The notes beneath the pieces are model-generated. The model searched no databases and was not told the origin of the DNA. It saw only the letters and a program-made list of their open reading frames with translations. Of a DNA stretch of 64,000 nt, positions 57,800 to 64,000 are shown piece after piece. Within the stretch, counting starts at the first letter, position 1; each line of letters opens with the position of its first letter. A program made the position numbers and the translations under genes. Source of the stretch: a virus (lineage: Duplodnaviria; Caudoviricetes); IMG/VR virus record IMGVR_UViG_3300039156_000048, positions 1-64,000 of that record; one strand, written 5' to 3'.

Positions 57800-58488
57800 G
57801 CCAGTTTGTCCAATATAATTTCAGACCAGGATTCAAGCTTCCCCTCTTTGGCATAGGCACGAAGGGTGTCAAATGTGACCCATTCCCCGCTGAGTTTGTC
57901 TTTTTCTTTTACGGATATTTTGTTGTGTTGCAGCTTCATGCTGACCACCATCCCTAAGTGAACCCGACCGATGGCAGTCGATTGGTCGTAAATGTAACCA
58001 AGGCGTTCATAATAAGTAATGTCATCCTGAGCAAGCCCGACCTCTTCAGCCAGTTCCCGATACATGGAATCAACCAAGTCTTCGCCTTCGTCTATGTGAC
58101 CGCCGATGCCGATGCTGTAGAGGCCGGTCAGCCTTGCATCACCCTCACCAAGCCTCTTTGTACAGAAGTATTGCCATTCACTTCCTTCATTTGCCTTATG
58201 TTTTAACACGACATAGTTGATGGGCTGCAAGTAGGTTTCATCCGATTCCGCTTTCCGCCGGGGGAGATACTCCATATTAGAGTGTATCGCCAGATTCAAA
58301 GGGGCGGTGATTGAGCGTGTCCCCATTGAGTATTTCACATAAGATTGTCTGTGAGGGATGAATTTCTCTTTTGTGATAAGATCACTAATCGCCGGGGACA
58401 GTTTTACAACCGCTACTTTCGTATCCCCATATTTTGCCGCCAGGTCTTCTTGCTTGAGAATGGTATCCTGTATTTTTTTTCTTGCCAC
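57796..58488 (-). CDS. NUDIX hydrolase
   Basis: GGHIDEGE..RELAEEVG Nudix box. Confidence 0.85.
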   Translation of the reverse strand: MARKKIQDTILKQEDLAAKYGDTKVAVVKLSPAISDLITKEKFIPHRQSYVKYSMGTRSITAPLNLAIHSNMEYLPRRKAESDETYLQPINYVVLKHKANEGSEWQYFCTKRLGEGDARLTGLYSIGIGGHIDEGEDLVDSMYRELAEEVGLAQDDITYYERLGYIYDQSTAIGRVHLGMVVSMKLQHNKISVKEKDKLSGEWVTFDTLRAYAKEGKLESWSEIILDKLA

Positions 58489-58509
58489 GTTTTGCTCCTA
58501 TTTTATTAC

Positions 58510-58591
58510 TTATAATTAGTCTGTTTGACATGCCACTCTGAGGTAAGGGAAACACCTTACCGTGATGATAGAAGGTTCTATCTCCTGATTA
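58510..58591. repeat. third copy of the block element at 10580/10834
   Basis: TTATAA-N28-TAAGG-N6-CCTTA and TCTATCTCCTGATTA at the same spacing. Confidence 0.65.
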
Positions 58592-58594
58592 GAG

Positions 58595-58921
58595 TCAGGA
58601 CTTTTCCCTGTTTTTTTGAATCCTCATGCGTATTTGCTCCAGTCTCTGGGCTGCTGCACTTTTCTGCTCGGGTGTCATCACCCTGGGTTTCCGGATAGAC
58701 ACGTGAGTCTTGGGGAATGTAAATTCCGCACCCCACTCATCGACCCTGACCAACTTAAACTCATCAAAATCATTGACGATTTTCATCAGCTTGTTCATCA
58801 TGGATTTGCTGGAGGTGGCAAGCACCGCGTTCGGCTCTGCTTCATTAAAGAGGATGACGGTTTCCCGTTCAAACGCGGACAGTTCCTTTACTCTTTCAAA
58901 GGGTTTCTTTTCTGAATCCAA
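58595..58921 (-). CDS. hypothetical protein
   Basis: AAAGGA RBS, TTG start. Confidence 0.6.
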   Translation of the reverse strand: MDSEKKPFERVKELSAFERETVILFNEAEPNAVLATSSKSMMNKLMKIVNDFDEFKLVRVDEWGAEFTFPKTHVSIRKPRVMTPEQKSAAAQRLEQIRMRIQKNREKS

Positions 58922-59039
58922 TATTTATTTCCTTTCTTATTGACAGGGAAGAGGCTCCGCCAAACAGATGACGGAGCATTGCCTGTTATGATTCTAAATT
59001 TCAGTGAATGGCGCTATTCAATTCACCCATATTTTAGCG

Positions 59040-61244
59040 TTATCTTATAGGGCAAGCGCCTGTTGAACAGTCCGGGTCATCTGAATCAAGTTCAGACACG
59101 CCAACAGTTTCATATTTCTGAAGGATTGAAGGGTCAAACGGGATAAACTCGGAAGACATTTTATCAAATTCTTCTCTTGTAATTTCCTCGAGTGGGGCGA
59201 GGTGATAGGTTCCGCCATCAAGTGCAAGGAAGGAAACACCTACATATCGATCCCACACTCTCTTGATATATTCCTTGACACTACCCCACTCTTCGGGACG
59301 GACAGTAATCGTGTTGCTTGAATTATGGTTTGTATAGGACTGTTGGAACATCAGATATCTGTCAAGTTGGTCCAATGCCGATACGTCATTTTTTGTTTTT
59401 ATCGCGCCAGATTGAATAGGAAAACTGAACACAAGCGTTCTCCCTTTATTCTCCTCATCATATTTCCAGCCGACATCAATCATTGCCTTGGCAAGGGCGT
59501 CATCAGCAGAAATCCTGACCCTGCGGATATAGTAGGGAGCATGAGCATCATGAAGCCCTGGTGATACGCCACCAGCAATGACGGACAGAGATCCTTCGGG
59601 CTTGACTGTAGTAACAAGAAGCGGTGTCTGGATCCTCAGTTCTTTTGCGTATTCATCCGCTACATAATTTGCTTCACTTTCAAGGTCTTCCAGAAACAGC
59701 TCCTTATCAATAAGTTCCATTCTTGACGTGGCATCCTCATATCCCGTCATGCTGCAACCCGTCAGCCTGTCCCGCTTGTGTTTAAAGTCCCACTCAGGGA
59801 GCTCGAGGTCGATGAGCGTCATCCGCAGACCGGCTCTTGCTGACAGTGCCTGTGCTTTCATCAGGCCGTCATAGTCTTTAATCACGCCATCTTCACTGAA
59901 CGCAGTTAGGTTGATGGTGGTTAAGTTGCATTGCTGCTTGTTATCCAAGAGGATCTCAGCGCAGGGATTGACCCCCTCCGCATTGAAGCGACGCTCACCC
60001 GCAGCTTTCAGATTAATGAAACCAGGTTCCCCGTCCAATTGGAGCATCAGGAACACCAAGTCCATAAAATCATCAGACGGTTTCTCGAGAAAGCCGATAG
60101 AGTTATTGGAGAGCCTTCGATGTTCTATTCCCTGCCGGACTTTATTTTTTCCTTTGCTGAACTCATCAAACCACGGGGGAGGCTCAATCCCCATCTTGTA
60201 GAGTTGGGCAAGCACTTTTTCGTGTTGAGCAAAATGCTCGACTGTCCAAAAACCGTTGATGCCGTACTTGGCAAACAAAACTTCCAGGTCATCATCGTCA
60301 AAGAGGAACAGTTCGGCAGTCCTTCTTACACCGCCTGAAACCACGTTATTCCCAATCAGGTTACCCATGTCAAGGATATGGATTGGTCGGACTCTCCCAT
60401 AACCTCTCTCGTCTGGAACAATTGGAGCAAGGCTTTCATCTATTTTATTTTTCAAAACATTGTCAAAGCCATGGAACATTTCCATCAGCGGAGTTGGCCC
60501 AGAGGCTGTTCCGCCAAAGGTCTTCAGGCGCTCACCCCTTGGACGGACAGAGTTGAATGAAATTTTAATCGTGTGGATGTTCTCATGCTCAGGCTTTGTC
60601 AGCAGTTGGAAGTAGTGTGATAACGCGTCTCTCCATCCTTCCTTGCTGTCACCTACATAGATTTTGGCAAAACCATTCGCCAGAAAGCGGGTATCGGTAT
60701 CCTGCAAACGATGGTCTTCGGGAAGTGGTTCATAAGGGGAGAGAATCATATTCGTATTGATGCGGATCGGCGGCAGCCCCGCCGCCATTTTCTTGGTACA
60801 CTTGAATCCGACCCCGCTTCCAAGCATCAGCAGGTAAAACAGTTCAGCAAGGTCTTCCCATTTCTCAATGTTTGTAAAGCTGCAATTGAAATTTGCCATC
60901 GGGTAATCTTCAGCGACAGACGTACCACCAATCCACAGCGACCTTCCGGAAGGGAATTGCCGTAAATTCCAGATACCGTCAAACAATTCTTCTGCTTCTT
61001 GCTTCAGCCAGTCCGTTGGGACAGGGATACCGATCTTGTTTCGATGGATATAGTCAAGGCCGACATTGTACTGGACAGTCCTGGCGACAGTCTCTTTCCA
61101 GGTTTCCCTTCGGCTTTTTTCGGGGAAAAACCTGGAATAAGTCCTGTAATAAGTGAATAATCCAATAGGGGACATGTGCTCCGGGTGCGGTGGATATTTT
61201 GATAAAAATTCTTCGGACAAAAATGCGGGGACGCTATAACTCAA
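59040..61244 (-). CDS. nrdJ: class II (B12-dependent) ribonucleotide reductase
   Basis: RTYSR, PSGRSLW, NCS, GGVRRTA, NPCAE, TTVKPEG, C-terminal CSTGACPIR. Confidence 0.9.
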   Translation of the reverse strand: MSYSVPAFLSEEFLSKYPPHPEHMSPIGLFTYYRTYSRFFPEKSRRETWKETVARTVQYNVGLDYIHRNKIGIPVPTDWLKQEAEELFDGIWNLRQFPSGRSLWIGGTSVAEDYPMANFNCSFTNIEKWEDLAELFYLLMLGSGVGFKCTKKMAAGLPPIRINTNMILSPYEPLPEDHRLQDTDTRFLANGFAKIYVGDSKEGWRDALSHYFQLLTKPEHENIHTIKISFNSVRPRGERLKTFGGTASGPTPLMEMFHGFDNVLKNKIDESLAPIVPDERGYGRVRPIHILDMGNLIGNNVVSGGVRRTAELFLFDDDDLEVLFAKYGINGFWTVEHFAQHEKVLAQLYKMGIEPPPWFDEFSKGKNKVRQGIEHRRLSNNSIGFLEKPSDDFMDLVFLMLQLDGEPGFINLKAAGERRFNAEGVNPCAEILLDNKQQCNLTTINLTAFSEDGVIKDYDGLMKAQALSARAGLRMTLIDLELPEWDFKHKRDRLTGCSMTGYEDATSRMELIDKELFLEDLESEANYVADEYAKELRIQTPLLVTTVKPEGSLSVIAGGVSPGLHDAHAPYYIRRVRISADDALAKAMIDVGWKYDEENKGRTLVFSFPIQSGAIKTKNDVSALDQLDRYLMFQQSYTNHNSSNTITVRPEEWGSVKEYIKRVWDRYVGVSFLALDGGTYHLAPLEEITREEFDKMSSEFIPFDPSILQKYETVGVSELDSDDPDCSTGACPIR

Positions 61245-61254
61245 ATAATCACTC

Positions 61255-62376
61255 TCATTTCTTATTATCTTTTTTAATCAAATAGTCAGGGGAAACAGCC
61301 TTGAAGCTGATATCCTTTATATAGTTTCTACAAACTACGCCCTCCCGTAACACATCAGGGTTGATGGCGGATTTTCCGGTCGCATAGTTCAGGATATCTT
61401 CAACGTCCATTGGCATCTCAATCGTTCCTACAAGAGGAACCCAGGGGATGTCGCAGGCTTTTAAAATCGTCTCACCAATCGTGCAGGGAATCTTGCGGGT
61501 GGGGATAATCAGGTTGAAGGCATAGAACCTTACCTCATCCAGTTTGTAAGGGTTGCCCTGGACGCCCTGCCCAATCATTTCTCCCTGGATTGTCACCCAC
61601 TCGTTCTTCCCGATGATCTTCCTTAGTGCGGCTTCCATATGGTATTTTTCCGCTACGGCAAGGAACTTCACATCGTCCGTACTGCCGGTTACCAATCTTC
61701 GGTTTCGTGAACAAACACCAAATTCAAATCTCTGTTTTCGTGAAAACAGGGTCGGTTTCTTTCGGTGCAGAAAGACAGTCAGGCTCGAGCCATCCAATTT
61801 CTCCCGGCAGACGAAGGTGTCGGTTCCGTTAAAAACCCAGGGTACTGTCTGGATCCGTGTTTCATCCGTCTTCTTGACAAAGGAAGGAAAGCGTTCCGCT
61901 TGCTTCTTGAGTTTTGCGTTGCGGCGAAGCAGGAATTTTCCCAGTGGTCTTGTCAGCGGATTCTTCAGCAGCCTGCGGATATAGGGAATGTTGGTGCTTG
62001 TCACATTGACAGATTTCGGTTCATCATCCACTTCATCACAGTGCTTGACCCCCAGGATATCCGTGACATCCATCCCTTCGTGGGCAAGTTTCTGTTCTTT
62101 CTCCGGAAGAATACTTAAAGGAAAGCAAATACCTTCTGATAAAACGCCGGACATTTTCATGACTTTGATTTTATATTTCTTGCTTCTCAGAAATTCAAAC
62201 TCTGGTTTCTCAGGCATCATACTGTCCGGTTCACAGTAGATGCATAGGTCACCGACCTCATAGGCATCCTTCTGCACAATCACGTGCCACCCAAGAACGG
62301 TGGCAAGGACGATTCTATCTTTCCCTTCAATGGGATTCAGTTCCAGTATCTTCTGGACAGATGCTAACTTTCTCAA
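61255..62376 (-). CDS. RNA ligase (DRB0094-type)
   Basis: MRKLAS N-terminus, KTDETRIQ, EKLDGSS, QGEMIG, REGVV, FKAVS. Confidence 0.85.
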   Translation of the reverse strand: MRKLASVQKILELNPIEGKDRIVLATVLGWHVIVQKDAYEVGDLCIYCEPDSMMPEKPEFEFLRSKKYKIKVMKMSGVLSEGICFPLSILPEKEQKLAHEGMDVTDILGVKHCDEVDDEPKSVNVTSTNIPYIRRLLKNPLTRPLGKFLLRRNAKLKKQAERFPSFVKKTDETRIQTVPWVFNGTDTFVCREKLDGSSLTVFLHRKKPTLFSRKQRFEFGVCSRNRRLVTGSTDDVKFLAVAEKYHMEAALRKIIGKNEWVTIQGEMIGQGVQGNPYKLDEVRFYAFNLIIPTRKIPCTIGETILKACDIPWVPLVGTIEMPMDVEDILNYATGKSAINPDVLREGVVCRNYIKDISFKAVSPDYLIKKDNKK

Positions 62377-62963
62377 GTTCTCCTCCGCTGATAATCTTCA
62401 TAGTGCGGTCGGGTTGAAAACGCCTTGCTCTCCTCAGGGTCAAGGAAGTCGCACTCGTTTTCAAACTCACACACCAAAGGATATTCCTTGGTAAAATCAA
62501 TTTTCATATGATTACAGTGTGTGCAGTACACATGCTCGTCTTCCCCTATAACTTCATTGTTGGGGAGTAATGCTTTAACTTCCCGAATCAGTCGCCGGAA
62601 GGTTCGTGCTTTTTCTGTCAGTTCTTTTTCTTCCTCAAACGAAGCGTCAAACCGTAGCCAGTCATCGAAGTTATTCTCAATGTCTGTAAGACCTTCCCGG
62701 ATTAAATCCCGGAAGTCTAAAAAAGAACTGTATGTTTCAATAGTATCGGTTGTTCTGTTGATGATGGTCGTGTGATAGTAGGAAACGATGTATGAATCCA
62801 CCCCTTCTTCGTCTATATGCAAGACAAAGGGGATGCTTTTTTGATACAGTGCGACAATGGCGGCATTCAGGAAGTCAAGTGGGATATCCGTTAGATAGCT
62901 TCCACTCCCTTCATACTCACCGATTGTAACTGTTGTCCAACCTACTTCTGGTTTACTGAACAT
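62373..62963 (-). CDS. hypothetical protein
   Basis: AAGGAGG RBS; C-terminal Cys cluster. Confidence 0.6.
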   Translation of the reverse strand: MFSKPEVGWTTVTIGEYEGSGSYLTDIPLDFLNAAIVALYQKSIPFVLHIDEEGVDSYIVSYYHTTIINRTTDTIETYSSFLDFRDLIREGLTDIENNFDDWLRFDASFEEEKELTEKARTFRRLIREVKALLPNNEVIGEDEHVYCTHCNHMKIDFTKEYPLVCEFENECDFLDPEESKAFSTRPHYEDYQRRRT

Positions 62964-63000
62964 GTTCCTCCTTATATAATTCTCGTCAATTTATTCAAAG

Positions 63001-63153
63001 TTAATTTGTACTGACCCACCATATGCTTTCCCACCATCTGTCCCAAAGGTTCAGTCCCGGCGAAAGCCAAGATACCGCTGCAAGCAGGGCGAGGAACACA
63101 ACAATAATTATGATGGCAAACCAATCAACTTTTTTGTGCCAAGAATCACCCAT
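63001..63153 (-). CDS. 50-aa Trp-rich membrane peptide (not in ORF track)
   Basis: AAGGAGGAG RBS; one TM, seven Trp. Confidence 0.55.
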   Translation of the reverse strand: MGDSWHKKVDWFAIIIIVVFLALLAAVSWLSPGLNLWDRWWESIWWVSTN

Positions 63154-63165
63154 GCTCCTCCTTGC

Positions 63166-63633
63166 CTAAGCCTTGTCAGGGCCATTTTTCTCATTCCATT
63201 GTTTTTCATTATCATAAAATCTATAGCACTTATGGCAGCCGAATTCTTTGGATTTTCTATACTCCTCGTAGGTTTCATGTTCTGACGCCTCTGACCCGCA
63301 CTTCTTACATTTAAAATTCCCGTTGGCATCAAGCCCTTTCAGGGCATTAAGTTCTCTTATTTTTTCAATGGACGATTGCAGTACTTCTCTTTCTTTGAAC
63401 AGGATGTCTTTCTGCGTTTCATATTCTCTTTTCAGTTGAAGGATCTCCCCATCAATTGACCGCAGTTTTCTGTTTAGCGATTGGATGATGTCATAGTTTG
63501 TCATAATCTGCCTATTCCTGTCTTTTGTGATTTTGCGAATGCGAGCATTGCTTGCTTTGATTTCCTGTGGGGTAAAAAATTCTCGCTCAAGTTCATCATC
63601 CCAGAGGGTAAATCCGTTTTTCTTACCCATCAA
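63166..63633 (-). CDS. coiled-coil protein with C-terminal Zn ribbon
   Basis: CKKC...CHKC. Confidence 0.55.
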   Translation of the reverse strand: MMGKKNGFTLWDDELEREFFTPQEIKASNARIRKITKDRNRQIMTNYDIIQSLNRKLRSIDGEILQLKREYETQKDILFKEREVLQSSIEKIRELNALKGLDANGNFKCKKCGSEASEHETYEEYRKSKEFGCHKCYRFYDNEKQWNEKNGPDKA

Positions 63634-63943
63634 ATTTCACAACCACCGCTCTGTCATCCCAGTATTCGTCAGCACTGATTTTGCGGCTGTTTGCCCCGAA
63701 CATCTCATTCCGTTCCTGTAGGTTCTCGTTCACTTCATCAAACTCCAGGCCATAGGATTCACACCAACGAACGGCATTCGCCAGGGACTCCCCTTCCCGG
63801 CAGGTAAAGAGGATGAGTTTGATACCACTGTTCCGCAGCCGAATCAGTTCCTCGATGACTGGTTTATTGGGAAGACCAATCTCAGGCCACTTATTCGCCT
63901 CACACAGGCATCCGTCAAAGTCAACTGCGATAACCTTATCCAT
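63623..63943 (-). CDS. HAD-family phosphatase
   Basis: IAVDFDG, LFTCR, K..ADEYWDD. Confidence 0.8.
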   Translation of the reverse strand: MDKVIAVDFDGCLCEANKWPEIGLPNKPVIEELIRLRNSGIKLILFTCREGESLANAVRWCESYGLEFDEVNENLQERNEMFGANSRKISADEYWDDRAVVVKFDG

Positions 63944-64000
63944 TACTCACTGTCCTCTTCGCCAATCTCTTCTTCTTCCTGATCTTCCTCGTCAATCTCC

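Noticed and set aside
59040-61244. Intein or intron in nrdJ (terL also checked)
   Set aside because: Lengths are ordinary and no splice-junction or homing endonuclease motifs were seen
1-64000. Second DGR target VR
   Set aside because: No other TR-like segment was noticed at gene ends by eye; a BLASTN of the TR against the full genome is needed to exclude one

Overview
This window is part of a large, non-integrated tailed (siphovirus-like) phage genome. The host is probably a Firmicute (inferred from Shine-Dalgarno style, a parS site and a SpoIID-like lysin domain). Layout: leftward small early genes (1-8.7 kb); a 2.4 kb non-coding control region with five perfect DnaA boxes, a parS site and repeats (8.7-11.1 kb); a rightward block with PhoH, a candidate large ncRNA, tRNA-Thr, terminase, head, tail and lysis genes (11-54.7 kb); attP plus a tyrosine integrase (54.7-55.9 kb); and leftward metabolism genes (RuvC-like, NUDIX, class II RNR, RNA ligase, HAD). 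The best supported special element is a diversity-generating retroelement (DGR) targeting a 951-aa receptor-binding protein: VR 47365-47468 and TR 47573-47676 differ at 16 positions, all TR adenines; the RT follows and no avd gene is visible. The most novel observation is a 26-bp dif-like palindrome (TRACATTA-N6-WAATGTYA) seen four times. Three copies bracket the DGR cassette and the adjacent tail/deacetylase cassette, two of them with gene remnants alongside, and the fourth sits among the DnaA boxes near parS. All calls are by eye; no database searches were run.
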